Of a stretch of 64,000 nt of DNA, positions 10,069-19,930 are shown piece after piece; the stretch's first letter is position 1, and each line of letters opens with the position of its first letter. The stretch covers positions 35,686-99,685 of the IMG/VR virus record IMGVR_UViG_3300021424_002547; one strand, written 5' to 3'. The notes beneath the pieces are model-generated. The model was not told the origin of the DNA, did not search any database, and saw nothing but the letters and a program-made list of their open reading frames with translations. The position numbers and the translations under genes were made by a program. This DNA comes from a virus.

Positions 10069-10078
10069 CAATTTTCCA

Positions 10079-10107
10079 TTGATTTTTAACTTGACTGAAT
10101 ATAAACT
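10079..10107 (+). promoter_or_regulatory. sigma70-like promoter for the tRNA-like RNA
   Basis: TTGATT-N17-TAAACT; predicted +1 falls at about 10114, the first base of the RNA. Confidence 0.5.
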
Positions 10108-10113
10108 AAAAAC

Positions 10114-10225
10114 GTGGTCGTGAGCAAATTGGCAAAGCTCCCGCTGGACCCATAGTCCAGAATGGGGACGGGACGATGAGTATAACTCGCAGTCTTTGTA
10201 GGTTCGAAACCTACCGGCCGCACCA
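10114..10225 (+). tRNA. Non-canonical tRNA-like RNA (112 nt) with elongated anticodon and variable arms; CAT in the anticodon-like loop
   Basis: Acceptor stem GTGGTCG/CGGCCGC plus A-CCA; D arm GAGC-AAATTGGCAAA-GCTC; T arm GTAGG-TTCGAAA-CCTAC; central hairpin CTGGAC-CCATA-GTCCAG; second hairpin GAC..GAGT-ATA-ACTC..GTC. Confidence 0.75.
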
Positions 10226-10266
10226 TAACATAACATAAGTAAAATACATTTTATAAGGAAAACAAA

Positions 10267-10461
10267 ATGTCAAACACAGTAGAACAATTAAAAACACAAT
10301 TCGACGCATTCCTGGCAGAAGATGCTAAATTTACAGCAGGCAATGGATCTGCCGGCACCCGTGCTCGCAAAGCACTGCAAGAAGTGGCCAAACTGGTCAA
10401 GGCCCGCCGTAATGAAATTACAGCAGAGAAGAATGCTCGCAAGGAAGCCAAGGCCGGGTAA
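10267..10461 (+). CDS. Histone H1-like (Hc1-family) small DNA-binding protein
   Basis: GNGSAGTRARKALQE signature; basic and helical; AAGGA RBS. Confidence 0.8.
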   Translation: MSNTVEQLKTQFDAFLAEDAKFTAGNGSAGTRARKALQEVAKLVKARRNEITAEKNARKEAKAG

Positions 10462-11009
10462 TGGACTACGATGCATTTTCTAGCGGTCAGGTCGTAAGCA
10501 AACTATGGTTAGCCCAAGAACTAGAACCGATCGCTAGAGTGCATGCTAATCCAGCCAGGATAGTTTTAGTAGGCGGTTGGTACGGAGTTTTTAATTTCAT
10601 ATTAAGGGTGAGATCAAATATGTCTATAGAATCTGTCAGAAGCATCGATATCGATGCAGACGCCTGTTCCGTAGCAGATAAGATTAACGATACTTGGGTC
10701 TGGCAAAATTGGAAATTCAAATCTATTAATTCTGATGCCAACGACCACGATTATTCTAACAGTAACCTAGTCATAAACACCAGCGTAGAACACATAGACA
10801 CGCATCGATGGTTTGATAATATACCAAACGGGTGTTTGGTAGCATTACAAAGCAATGACATGGATCACGAAGATCATTGTCATAATCACGGATCGCTAGA
10901 TGATTTCAAGGGCGATTTTTCGTTATCGGAAGTTTTTTATTCTGGCATCAAGCATTTTGGGTATCCAGATTGGGGATTCAATAGATTCATGATCATAGGA
11001 AAAAAATAA
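10461..11009 (+). CDS. Class I SAM-dependent methyltransferase-like protein
   Basis: VLVGGWYG motif I, SIDID, INTSVEH. Confidence 0.7.
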   Translation: MDYDAFSSGQVVSKLWLAQELEPIARVHANPARIVLVGGWYGVFNFILRVRSNMSIESVRSIDIDADACSVADKINDTWVWQNWKFKSINSDANDHDYSNSNLVINTSVEHIDTHRWFDNIPNGCLVALQSNDMDHEDHCHNHGSLDDFKGDFSLSEVFYSGIKHFGYPDWGFNRFMIIGKK

Positions 11010-11020
11010 AGGACGATTTT

Positions 11021-11494
11021 ATGGACGACAAAGACAAAATAATTGGCAATGAAGATACTATGATCAATATCGATTATCTCGGTGGTGCCGCTGGACAATC
11101 TGTTCTGAGTTTTGATTGTTCAGATACCATAACTTTAGATACATCGATAACCTCACCTTGTACTATCACCATACCAGGATACAGTGCGCACTACAATTAC
11201 CCTAATACATTTACTACCAGCAGCGGATCTGGCTATACGCTAGGTGGAAGTATTCTCAACGACGGTATAGTTAGTATAGGTAATGACGGTATTGATATCC
11301 GAGAAGGCGGGGACATCAAGATCGGAAACCAAAGCCTCAAAGAATTTATGACGAAAATGGAACAGCGACTGGCTATCCTAGTTCCAGATCCTGCCAAATT
11401 AGAAAAATTTGAAGCACTTAAAAAAGCCTATGAGCATTACAAAACCATGGAAAGCCTCTGTTTCGACGAACCGATCGATGATGAAAACAAATGA
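11021..11494 (+). CDS. Hypothetical phage protein
   Basis: ORF with AAGGA RBS; low-complexity N-terminus, helical C-terminus (LKKAYEHYK). Confidence 0.6.
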   Translation: MDDKDKIIGNEDTMINIDYLGGAAGQSVLSFDCSDTITLDTSITSPCTITIPGYSAHYNYPNTFTTSSGSGYTLGGSILNDGIVSIGNDGIDIREGGDIKIGNQSLKEFMTKMEQRLAILVPDPAKLEKFEALKKAYEHYKTMESLCFDEPIDDENK

Positions 11495-12042
11495 TAAAAG
11501 TCTACGATGATCTCATTCCTGTACATCTGCAGGATTTTTTTGAATTATCTATCCTAGGACGCACCGACAGAGAAGACGAATGCCTACATCCCACCATAGA
11601 TCTTCGTTGCAAATACGAAAGCACGTCTAGGGAAAACGACCATACTCCGATAAGTTTTACGCACGTATTAAAATCCAGTTCTAAAGTTTCGAATCACCTA
11701 GATAATTTTGGTCTCATTCCGCAGATCGTTTGCAGCGAAGAAAATGCTATCCTTAGAGAAATAATCACCGCAAGGATCTTTCTGACCGTTCCCCATAAGA
11801 CAGACTTAAAAAATTATGCTGCGCATACCGATTTTGATTTCCCGCATCATGTCTGTCTTTATTATGTAAACAACGCAGATGGACCTACAGCATTCTATGA
11901 TCAGGAAGGAAAAGTCGTCGATGAAGTAATGCCTAAAAAGGGCAGAGTAATATTCTTCGATGGATTGATCAAACACGGTGGTGGAATACCTAGGAATGGC
12001 CCTAGATGCATCGTTAACTATGATATTTTAATAAAGGAATAA
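11491..12042 (+). CDS. Fe(II)/2OG oxygenase (phage type)
   Basis: AHTD...CLYYVNNADGPT...PKKGRVIFFDG..KHG...RCIVN. Confidence 0.8.
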   Translation: MIKVYDDLIPVHLQDFFELSILGRTDREDECLHPTIDLRCKYESTSRENDHTPISFTHVLKSSSKVSNHLDNFGLIPQIVCSEENAILREIITARIFLTVPHKTDLKNYAAHTDFDFPHHVCLYYVNNADGPTAFYDQEGKVVDEVMPKKGRVIFFDGLIKHGGGIPRNGPRCIVNYDILIKE

Positions 12043-12043
12043 C

Positions 12044-12727
12044 ATGAATGTTCGCTTGGTATCCTATTCAAAACCCTCAGATGAATTTGCAGTCCTCGGT
12101 ATCCAAGATGCGCAGGAACTCATCGCGTTCTGCGCCCGTGTCAGCAATCCCGCAAACCAATTCAATTCAGAGACATCAGAGAAGCTTATCCGATATCTTA
12201 TTAAACACGCACACTGGAGCCCCCTCGAGATGGTCTCTGCTTGCTTGGAAATCACGACGACTAGAGACATCGCAAGACAGATCCTTAGACACAGATCGTT
12301 CAGTTTTCAAGAGTTCTCACAGCGATATGCTAACCCTGTCGAGGATCTTAATTTCCACATTAGAGAAGCACGGTTGCAGGACACAAGAAACAGACAGAAC
12401 AGTGTCGAATTGGATATGCAAGACCCCAAACAAAGAGAACTTGCACGTCTATGGGCGGAAAAACAACAGACTGTCATTAGAGCCAGTAGAGAAGCCTACA
12501 CTTGGGCTGTATCTAACGGTATAGCCAAGGAGCAGGCTCGCTGTGTCTTACCGGAAGGCAATACTGAAAGCCGGCTGTATATGAACGGCACACTGCGTTC
12601 ATGGATCCATTATATAGAATTACGTGCAGCCAATGGTACCCAAAAGGAGCACATGGACATCGCCCGAGCCTGTGCCGAAACCATAGCCAAAGTATTTCCA
12701 ATGGCAGAATCATTAATTTCCAATTGA
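12044..12727 (+). CDS. thyX: Flavin-dependent thymidylate synthase
   Basis: HWSPLE, RQILRHRSFSFQEFSQRY ThyX motif, EQARCVLP. Confidence 0.97.
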   Translation: MNVRLVSYSKPSDEFAVLGIQDAQELIAFCARVSNPANQFNSETSEKLIRYLIKHAHWSPLEMVSACLEITTTRDIARQILRHRSFSFQEFSQRYANPVEDLNFHIREARLQDTRNRQNSVELDMQDPKQRELARLWAEKQQTVIRASREAYTWAVSNGIAKEQARCVLPEGNTESRLYMNGTLRSWIHYIELRAANGTQKEHMDIARACAETIAKVFPMAESLISN

Positions 12728-12729
12728 TA

Positions 12730-12758
12730 TTGACAGGTTTTTAAAGATCTCGTATAAT
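12730..12758 (+). promoter_or_regulatory. Consensus sigma70 promoter
   Basis: TTGACA-N17-TATAAT. Confidence 0.85.
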
Positions 12759-12785
12759 TAAGTTGTTCGACATAGAGAAAATATT

Positions 12786-13610
12786 ATGAGAGCAAACTAC
12801 TGGTCATGTTCACGGTTCGCAGATTGGCTGCGGGGTACCGCTAAAATCAAAGCGGGCACCGGCAAAGAATGGCGCCTCTGGGAAGAAGAGGCCAAAACTA
12901 GCCATCCCATCCGTTATTGGATCGTCGAAGAGGGTCTCGATTACCTCCAAAATTTCGTCAATTGGCCCGCGGATCGACTTAATGACATCCGCTATTATAT
13001 CAACAATCGCTGGGTCAGCCATACTCACAGGCTTACTGCTCATCCTAGAGATATCAAACCAGGGTCCTGGTCAGACGTAGGAAATCGTTTCTTGCCTTGC
13101 TTGTTTAACGAACTAGTCGATTTTGTAGAAATCGAGCAGGCTTGGCATCATGTACTGTGGGACAAAGAAGCACGTGAAAAATATCAGACACCTTGGAGTC
13201 GAAATTTCTTTCGTTTTCGTACGTGGCGCTGTTCAGAAGCAGGCGTCGATCACTTGAAGTGGGCTATGACACTGACTAACGAAGAATTCTTAGACGAAGA
13301 TGAGAAGCATCTAGCAGAACCTACCTATCAGGCCAAAGCAGCCAAAGAAATTCTAGAACTTTATACTTGGTGGAAAGAAGTCTATCCAAATCGTCCAGAT
13401 GTCCACGATGCTTCAGGATGGACTGCCTACTGCGAAATGCGCCGTGAAAAAGGTTATAAGTTTCTCGATATGGAAGATAAGACTCCTGAAGAAGCGGAGA
13501 TGTGTAAAACCGCTCTTGACAAATCACAAGAGTTGGAATTACAATATGCTAAAGAAGATGAAGAAATGATGATCCGATTAATCAAAATAAGAGAAAGTCT
13601 GTGGACCTAA
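12786..13610 (+). CDS. Hypothetical phage protein (Trp-rich)
   Basis: 274-aa ORF directly downstream of a consensus promoter; C-terminal MMIRLIKIRESLWT. Confidence 0.7.
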   Translation: MRANYWSCSRFADWLRGTAKIKAGTGKEWRLWEEEAKTSHPIRYWIVEEGLDYLQNFVNWPADRLNDIRYYINNRWVSHTHRLTAHPRDIKPGSWSDVGNRFLPCLFNELVDFVEIEQAWHHVLWDKEAREKYQTPWSRNFFRFRTWRCSEAGVDHLKWAMTLTNEEFLDEDEKHLAEPTYQAKAAKEILELYTWWKEVYPNRPDVHDASGWTAYCEMRREKGYKFLDMEDKTPEEAEMCKTALDKSQELELQYAKEDEEMMIRLIKIRESLWT

Positions 13611-13801
13611 AAATCATTTTCAATAAGATCCAATCAGCCTTTGATTGGCTAGAGGATAATTTCGAGCCCATTGAAAATCGCTGGTTGGTATTTCTAGTGG
13701 CCTGTTTTTTGATCATCTTGTTCAAGGCCGGGGGTGCGACGGGTATATCTCTCCTTATAGGGTTGTTCTATATCATGTATTTCGTAACCCTAAAACGATG
13801 A
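13601..13801 (+). CDS. Small membrane protein
   Basis: Two hydrophobic segments; overlaps its neighbours. Confidence 0.5.
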   Translation: MDLKIIFNKIQSAFDWLEDNFEPIENRWLVFLVACFLIILFKAGGATGISLLIGLFYIMYFVTLKR

Positions 13802-13998
13802 TGTCTTTCCGAAATTGGGTACATAATCTCTGGCTCGAAAACTGCGAGGAGCGTCAGACGTATTCAGTTGGTGTTCGGCTTACTGAGCAGGAATACTTTC
13901 GAAGATTCAAGTGGTGGCTGCGCCGAGAGTGGCGGCATCGCCGGCAACAAGAAATTAAAAGGGAGAAGATAAATGAACGATTCAAACGATGGGCTTGA
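13798..13998 (+). CDS. Hypothetical protein
   Basis: Start overlaps the previous stop (ATGA); Trp/Arg-rich. Confidence 0.55.
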   Translation: MMSFRNWVHNLWLENCEERQTYSVGVRLTEQEYFRRFKWWLRREWRHRRQQEIKREKINERFKRWA

Positions 13999-14206
13999 AC
14001 GTCTGTATCAGGATTATTGGATGATTCATGCACAGAAATTGGAAAAACATGATCCTATAGAAGTGGCTGCGGTGCTCGTAGCACATGCTATGACATTATA
14101 CAAGACCGTCCTAGACGACGAGGATTATAATAAAATGGTTGACGATATTGGGCGCATGAGAGATCGAGTAAAAACACTAACACCAGAACAGGGGAACTAT
14201 CACTAA
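13973..14206 (+). CDS. Hypothetical protein
   Basis: GGAGA RBS; tightly packed. Confidence 0.6.
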   Translation: MNDSNDGLERLYQDYWMIHAQKLEKHDPIEVAAVLVAHAMTLYKTVLDDEDYNKMVDDIGRMRDRVKTLTPEQGNYH

Positions 14207-14637
14207 TGAACGCACAAACTCCAGCAGAAGGCATCATGAAGGTAGGCGATTATGGCAACGCTAAATTTTATAAGGTCGCTTGTCAGTGTGGTAGCCACGA
14301 TCACGATCTTGATTTTGAAGTCGAAGCAGAAGAACCCAATGTCAATGTTAACACCTATGTACGAGTAAAGACAGACTATTGGACAGAATCCGTCAAGAAG
14401 CGTTACGATATCGATAATCCTTATCTACAAGAATTAGACTGGACTCTAAAGGATATCTTTAACGGACTTATTACCCGCTTGAAGTTGACCTGGACCGTTT
14501 GGACCAAAGGTTACGTCAAATGCGAAACCACTATCGCTATGACCAAGCAGCAGGCTCTCAACTACGCAGAGACTATCCGATCTGCGGTCAACGATGTAGA
14601 AACTTTCGAGAAAGCACAGAAGAATGACTCCCAGTAA
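14206..14637 (+). CDS. Hypothetical protein with CxC motif
   Basis: TAATG coupling; ACQCGSHDH. Confidence 0.6.
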   Translation: MNAQTPAEGIMKVGDYGNAKFYKVACQCGSHDHDLDFEVEAEEPNVNVNTYVRVKTDYWTESVKKRYDIDNPYLQELDWTLKDIFNGLITRLKLTWTVWTKGYVKCETTIAMTKQQALNYAETIRSAVNDVETFEKAQKNDSQ

Positions 14638-15190
14638 AAGCCCAGATCGGCATACCTTCCAACGAGAGGGCTATGAGAAGCGCCAGGCTGAAAAAGGCGA
14701 GCCTGTCAACGACGATTATCTCGATATGTTCGCCAAGATCATCGAGGATCACAATTGCAAATGGGACGATCCTCAAAGCAAAGAACAGAATATGGAGTGG
14801 GATTTGGTTACCACAGATTGGATCCTAGCCAAGGTCCGTGCCGACGAAGCCTACGCACAGAATTTGTATGCGGCTATGTGTAATAACGGTTTCATTAAAC
14901 TGGAAGTGATCCCCGTGCTAAAAGGAGAAGAATGGTCTTGCTCCTGGCGCTATGCCGGAGGCATCGTCGCGGACATGCGGCAAGAAGGAGATTACATCGA
15001 TTGGTATTGCTCTGGTATCCGAGATACCTTCTATGCCGACACCAAAGACTATACCGAAGAACAATTAGCTAGATTAGACATAACTAAAAGATATGTAGGC
15101 GAAGGTTGCATCACCGACGAGATCCGGACAGATCTCCAGCGTCTTGGTTGGGCGGTGGCGCCCGATGGAGATTGGCAAAACTTTGAATAG
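14624..15190 (+). CDS. Hypothetical phage protein
   Basis: YAQNLYAAMCNN...SCSWRYAGG...YIDWYCSG; tightly packed. Confidence 0.65.
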   Translation: MTPSKSPDRHTFQREGYEKRQAEKGEPVNDDYLDMFAKIIEDHNCKWDDPQSKEQNMEWDLVTTDWILAKVRADEAYAQNLYAAMCNNGFIKLEVIPVLKGEEWSCSWRYAGGIVADMRQEGDYIDWYCSGIRDTFYADTKDYTEEQLARLDITKRYVGEGCITDEIRTDLQRLGWAVAPDGDWQNFE

Positions 15191-15207
15191 GAGATAAGTG
15201 AAACAAA

Positions 15208-15399
15208 ATGACCTGGGAACTATACGAGGTCTGGTCCGACACAGATGGACATGAAGAATTGGTAGACACTACCAAAAGCCGTAAAGAAGCACAGGCACTA
15301 GCCAAAAAAACCTTGAACGAGGGCGCAGACGAAGTTTGGATCTGCCGAGAAACCGGAGACGGGGACTACGAAGAAGTGGATCGATTGACAAATGCCTAG
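15208..15399 (+). CDS. Small acidic hypothetical protein
   Basis: AGGAG RBS upstream. Confidence 0.55.
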   Translation: MTWELYEVWSDTDGHEELVDTTKSRKEAQALAKKTLNEGADEVWICRETGDGDYEEVDRLTNA

Positions 15400-15413
15400 C
15401 CAGGCAGTATAAT
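15385..15413 (+). promoter_or_regulatory. Consensus sigma70 promoter
   Basis: TTGACA-N17-TATAAT. Confidence 0.85.
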
Positions 15414-15445
15414 TATTATATTAACTAGACAAGGAGCAGATCTAA

Positions 15446-16630
15446 ATGGCTGGCAAATCCAATCGTAAAAATTCCATCGCCGCATTGAAAACCGTACATC
15501 GCGAAAAACGAGTGCGTGATCTCAGTCCGAAATGGGATGGACAGGAAACTTGGACTACCGATCAGTTTCTAAAGTTTTTCAAAGACAGCATGGACTATTA
15601 TCGTTTGGAAAAGTCTAACAAGGATCTCAAGCCCGAAGTGATCAATTGGATGGGCACAAACGGCTATACCAAGGACCAGATCAAGGCCTTTAAAGATACT
15701 AAAGATCACCGCTGTAACAATACCACAGGTGCTATCGCAGCCAATCTCAATCGTGGCATGCCACCGGTACGCAGTGATTTCAACAATGGCAAGAATACCG
15801 CGCTTTGGTTAGGCAATCAGATCACAGAAATCCTAGAAGCAGGCAAGAATGACTACGAACTCGAAGTCGTAGACAACAGGCCCGCGGTTCCGCAGATCTC
15901 TATCCAGGATCGCTTGCGAGAAGCATCATATGCCATGACAGACGAAATCGAAGAGGCGCTGGATAGTTTCAGCCGAGATTATGAAAATTTCAATCCTAAA
16001 CAGTTCAAAGTGCTGAATCTGCTCAAAGGCAAGCAGGCCAAAGCCGCACACGCTCGTATTATCCGCGATATCTATGCTTCGCAGTTAGCAGAATACGAAG
16101 AAGTCCTAGAAGGGTCGTGTCCACAACTCAAAGAGGGCTATGCTCATATCTCTAAGAAAAACATCAAGAAAATCATCGAATTCTATCAAGAAATCACCAC
16201 AGCCTGCGAAATGTTGATGCAGGAAGCCAAGGTCAATAAAAAACCTCGGGTCCGCAAGGCTGTGCCCACCGAGAAAATCGTAGCCAAACTCAAATACTGC
16301 AAGAGCAACGAGCCTATGAAACTAGTTTCCGTGAATCCCACAGAGATCGTAGGCAGCAAAGAACTGTGGATCTACAACACCAAAACCCGCAAACTAGGCA
16401 AATATGTAGCCGCAGAGTACCAAGAATTAACGGTCAAGGGCACATCTATCGTCAATTTCGATGCTAATCTCAGCAAACAGAAAAATCTGCGCAGGCCCGA
16501 AGAGCAACTCAAAGAGTTCAAGGCCGCGGGCAAAGTGGCTCTACGACGGTTCCTAGAAGATATCAAAGCCGTAGATATCAAACTCAACGGACGCATCAAC
16601 GAAGACACTGTGCTGTTGAAAGTACAATAA
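15446..16630 (+). CDS. Hypothetical phage protein (394 aa, basic C-terminal domain)
   Basis: AAGGAG RBS; long intact ORF. Confidence 0.7.
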   Translation: MAGKSNRKNSIAALKTVHREKRVRDLSPKWDGQETWTTDQFLKFFKDSMDYYRLEKSNKDLKPEVINWMGTNGYTKDQIKAFKDTKDHRCNNTTGAIAANLNRGMPPVRSDFNNGKNTALWLGNQITEILEAGKNDYELEVVDNRPAVPQISIQDRLREASYAMTDEIEEALDSFSRDYENFNPKQFKVLNLLKGKQAKAAHARIIRDIYASQLAEYEEVLEGSCPQLKEGYAHISKKNIKKIIEFYQEITTACEMLMQEAKVNKKPRVRKAVPTEKIVAKLKYCKSNEPMKLVSVNPTEIVGSKELWIYNTKTRKLGKYVAAEYQELTVKGTSIVNFDANLSKQKNLRRPEEQLKEFKAAGKVALRRFLEDIKAVDIKLNGRINEDTVLLKVQ

Positions 16631-16660
16631 TGATTATTTTAAGGATTGATAAATACTGGT

Positions 16661-17536
16661 ATGAACAATACCAATCTCGATCAATCCTTGACAGATCTCA
16701 ATAAAATAATCAAAGATCTGGCGGCTGCCGCACACCAGCCCGTAGCGCAAGAAGTAACACAATTTCTAGAGTTTAGAGCCAAAAAAGGCGAGAATAACAA
16801 TGGTAAGGGTGTTATCTGGAGCGGTGATGGATACACCAAACAATTCATTTTTGCCGCCAATCCAGACAAATTTTTCAGTTCTGAAAGCATCGATCTAAAC
16901 AAAGGCAAATCTCTAAGCATAGGAAATGTAAAAGTATTAGATGAAAAAGAACTGGGTCCTAACGTAGTAAAAAGCAATCTACAACAGGTCGGACGATTAA
17001 AAGGTTTGATCGTCGACGGTTCTGTCAGTATCAATCAATATCTTATCTACAATGCCGCCACTGATCGATTGGGCATCGGAACAGAGGCTCCTAATGCTGC
17101 CTTATCTGTGGCTGAAAATGCCATAGAAGTGATGCTGGGGACCAACGACGAATTTCATGGTATGGTTGGCACTTATGCATCTACTGATTTTGATATCGTC
17201 ACGGATAATACCACTAGAATCAATATCGGCGCCAATGGAAACATCCTATTAGGTAATTTTTCCAGAAATCCCATACAGGTTTCTATCAATGGTAAATTAT
17301 CTATAGGCGTTAAGAATCCAGATCCCACAGTAGATTTACATGTGGCAGGATCAGTGAGGTTCGCCAATCATCTCCAAACATATGGAGCAGCACCTCCCAG
17401 TGAAGGCACACATGCAATGGGCGATATCGTATGGAATAGTTCTCCAAGAGTCGGTGCTGGAATTGGTTGGGTTTGTCTGAGAGCAGGCAGCCCAGGTGCC
17501 TGGTATCCCTTCGGCGAAATCAAAGAAAGAGGTTAA
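16661..17536 (+). CDS. Probable virion/tail structural protein
   Basis: LGIGTEAP and IGVKNP beta-repeat segments typical of fibres; GDIVWNSSP..GWVC C-terminus; TAAATA 5 nt before the ATG at 16661. Confidence 0.55.
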   Translation: MNNTNLDQSLTDLNKIIKDLAAAAHQPVAQEVTQFLEFRAKKGENNNGKGVIWSGDGYTKQFIFAANPDKFFSSESIDLNKGKSLSIGNVKVLDEKELGPNVVKSNLQQVGRLKGLIVDGSVSINQYLIYNAATDRLGIGTEAPNAALSVAENAIEVMLGTNDEFHGMVGTYASTDFDIVTDNTTRINIGANGNILLGNFSRNPIQVSINGKLSIGVKNPDPTVDLHVAGSVRFANHLQTYGAAPPSEGTHAMGDIVWNSSPRVGAGIGWVCLRAGSPGAWYPFGEIKERG

Positions 17537-17537
17537 T

Positions 17538-18200
17538 ATGCAGGCCCTAGCGATAGGGAACGGCGAAAGCCGTCGCAACATTGATATCAGTAGTTTTCAA
17601 AATCACACATTAATTGGTTGCAATGCCATACACAGAGAGTTTCAAGTAGATCATCTCATCTGTTGCGATCAACGCATGGTGCGAGAAGCCGTCGAAAATC
17701 CAAACACAATCAATACTACTATCTATGTCCGGGATCTATGGTATCATTATTTCCGGAAGATACGCAAAAATAAAAATATAAGCCTACTGCCCGATCTTCC
17801 ATACAAAGGAGATCGTAGACACGACCAACCTATACATTGGGGGAGTGGTTGTTACGCTGTGTTATTGGCTGCATTATTAGAGCATCGGGAGGTTTCTATG
17901 ATAGGGTTTGATCTCTATGCCAGGGAAGATCGAGTAAACAATATTTACAAGGGCACTGCTAATTATGCTGGAATAAATTCGTCTCCGGTTGATCCAGCCT
18001 ATTGGGTTTATCAAATAGGACAGGTCTTCCATTATTTTCCCGATACTATTTTTAACATCTATAATTTTAGAGAATGGTCTATCCCGAAAGATTGGCAAAA
18101 AAATAACGTTCAGTTAATACCTATAAATATTGACACAGCATTCAATACATCTTATAATAATTCATCAGCGGTCTTCAATGGCATTCACCCCGCTTTATAA
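17538..18200 (+). CDS. MptE/Maf/sialyltransferase-like (DUF115-like) nucleotide-sugar-utilising protein
   Basis: AIGNGESR, IGCNAI, WGSG..AVLLA, MIGFD motifs. Confidence 0.55.
   Translation: MQALAIGNGESRRNIDISSFQNHTLIGCNAIHREFQVDHLICCDQRMVREAVENPNTINTTIYVRDLWYHYFRKIRKNKNISLLPDLPYKGDRRHDQPIHWGSGCYAVLLAALLEHREVSMIGFDLYAREDRVNNIYKGTANYAGINSSPVDPAYWVYQIGQVFHYFPDTIFNIYNFREWSIPKDWQKNNVQLIPINIDTAFNTSYNNSSAVFNGIHPAL
18130..18158 (+). promoter_or_regulatory. Consensus sigma70 promoter for the queD operon
   Basis: TTGACA-N17-TATAAT. Confidence 0.85.
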
Positions 18201-18214
18201 ATTCTGCATGTCAT
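18167..18214 (+). ncRNA. Candidate pseudoknotted cis-regulatory leader RNA upstream of queD
   Basis: P1 AGCGG/CCGCT; loop ATGGCAT can pair with downstream ATGTCAT; A-rich linker TTATAAA; lies between the promoter and the RBS. Confidence 0.45.
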
Positions 18215-18245
18215 CAAACTTGCTCATTTATAAAGGAGACTAGAG

Positions 18246-18752
18246 ATGGCAAATTTCCAACCAGTGACATACAAATATGTCAGCACCAAAGAATATCACG
18301 ATTCATTTCCCTGTGCTTATCGACAATGGCGTGCCGATAGTCACTGCAATCTGATACACGGTTACAGTTTTTCGATGAAGTTTAATTTCGGAACCGACGA
18401 CCTCGATGTACGTAATTGGGCTGCTGACTATGGCGGACTCAAAGAATTAAAAGGTATCCTCGAAGATCAGTTTGACCATACGCTTCTTGTGGCTGAAGAC
18501 GATCCTGAACTCGAAACATTTAAACTTCTGCAAGAAAAGAAAATGGCCAAACTTACTATACTTCCTCGACTAGGGTGCGAAGGTTTGGCAGACATGCTGT
18601 ACAAATATGTCAACGGTGTTTATATCCCCGATATGTGGGGGGCAGGAGAAGCAGAAAGACTTTGGTGTTTCCGCGTAGAAGTGAGAGAAACTCAGAGCAA
18701 CATGGCTTTCCGAGAAGGTCATAGATGTTGGAATGAAGAGTTGTTAGGATGA
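18246..18752 (+). CDS. queD: 6-pyruvoyl-tetrahydropterin synthase / 6-carboxytetrahydropterin synthase family
   Basis: CNLIHGYS, DYGGLK, FDHTLL, VRET motifs. Confidence 0.85.
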   Translation: MANFQPVTYKYVSTKEYHDSFPCAYRQWRADSHCNLIHGYSFSMKFNFGTDDLDVRNWAADYGGLKELKGILEDQFDHTLLVAEDDPELETFKLLQEKKMAKLTILPRLGCEGLADMLYKYVNGVYIPDMWGAGEAERLWCFRVEVRETQSNMAFREGHRCWNEELLG

Positions 18753-19930
18753 AGATAGCCGTAGTTGGTGCTGGTATCACAGGAATAACTGCCGCCTACT
18801 ACCTGGCAAAAGATGGTCACGAAGTAACAGTCTACGATCAAGAACCATATCCTGCGATGCGTACTAGCTATGCCAACGGAGGTCAAATATCTGTATCTAA
18901 TTCAGAAACTTGGAATACTTGGGCCAACGTCGCTAAGGGATTCAAATGGATGTTTACTCAAGATGCTCCTCTCTTGATACGTCCTGATCTAGATCTAGAC
19001 AAATATGCATGGCTGATGCGATTCCTATGGCACACGCTGAATGGTTCTCAGAGACAGAACACCATAGATACTATCAATCTAGGTCTAGAAGCTAGATCAT
19101 TGTACAAAGATATCATCCAATCGGAAGGGCTAGAGTTCGATCAGAGTTACTGTGGTATCTTGCACTTTTATAAAAATCAACGATATTTTGACGCCGCTGT
19201 TGACATCAAAGGCCTCTACGAAACCAACGGCAGCGAATGGGATATCGTAGATCTCGAGAAGATCATAGACATAGAACCCGCACTGAAATCCAGTTCCGGT
19301 ATCATAGGAGGAGCATGGACTGCCAGTGATTGGACTGGCGATATACATAAATTCTGCTACGATCTCTCAGAAACTATGACAGAAAAATATCAGGTAGAAT
19401 TCCAGTTCAACGTCAAAGTAGAAGATCTACAGGAATTGAAAGCCTACTATGATGCGGTGGTAGTCTCCAATGGTGTAGGCAGCGTAAAGTCCGCTAGAAT
19501 GGTCGGTGATGATCTGCCTATCTATCCTGTCAAAGGCTACAGCATAACCATTGAGCTCGATGACCAGAGTCTTGAACATGCCCCATCAGTCAGCCTGTTA
19601 GACGATGAAGCCAAGATCGTCACGGCGAAACTAGGTCGTAGATTGCGAGTAGCAGGCACTGCGGAGCTCTGTGGTGAGAATTACGATATACGGAGATCCA
19701 GGATCGAACCCCTGTTGAGATGGGTCCATGAAAATTTCCCCGAGATCAACACCTCTCAATATTCCAGTTGGGCCTGCCTGAGACCTATGACTCCAAACAT
19801 GATGCCCATAGTCCGGCAGAGCTCACGAGAACCTAAAATATTTTATCACACTGGACATGGTCATCTAGGGTGGACCATAAGTCCAGCCACAGCTAAAAAA
19901 TTGGTTAAATTATTATATGAAAAACTTTAA
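18749..19930 (+). CDS. dadA: D-amino acid dehydrogenase (FAD-dependent)
   Basis: [47 protein letters not shown]. Confidence 0.9.
   Translation: MKIAVVGAGITGITAAYYLAKDGHEVTVYDQEPYPAMRTSYANGGQISVSNSETWNTWANVAKGFKWMFTQDAPLLIRPDLDLDKYAWLMRFLWHTLNGSQRQNTIDTINLGLEARSLYKDIIQSEGLEFDQSYCGILHFYKNQRYFDAAVDIKGLYETNGSEWDIVDLEKIIDIEPALKSSSGIIGGAWTASDWTGDIHKFCYDLSETMTEKYQVEFQFNVKVEDLQELKAYYDAVVVSNGVGSVKSARMVGDDLPIYPVKGYSITIELDDQSLEHAPSVSLLDDEAKIVTAKLGRRLRVAGTAELCGENYDIRRSRIEPLLRWVHENFPEINTSQYSSWACLRPMTPNMMPIVRQSSREPKIFYHTGHGHLGWTISPATAKKLVKLLYEKL

Noticed and set aside
10114-10225. Ordinary tRNA-Met or tRNA-Ile(CAU)
   Set aside because: C instead of U33, a displaced anticodon hairpin and a very long extra arm do not fit a class I tRNA
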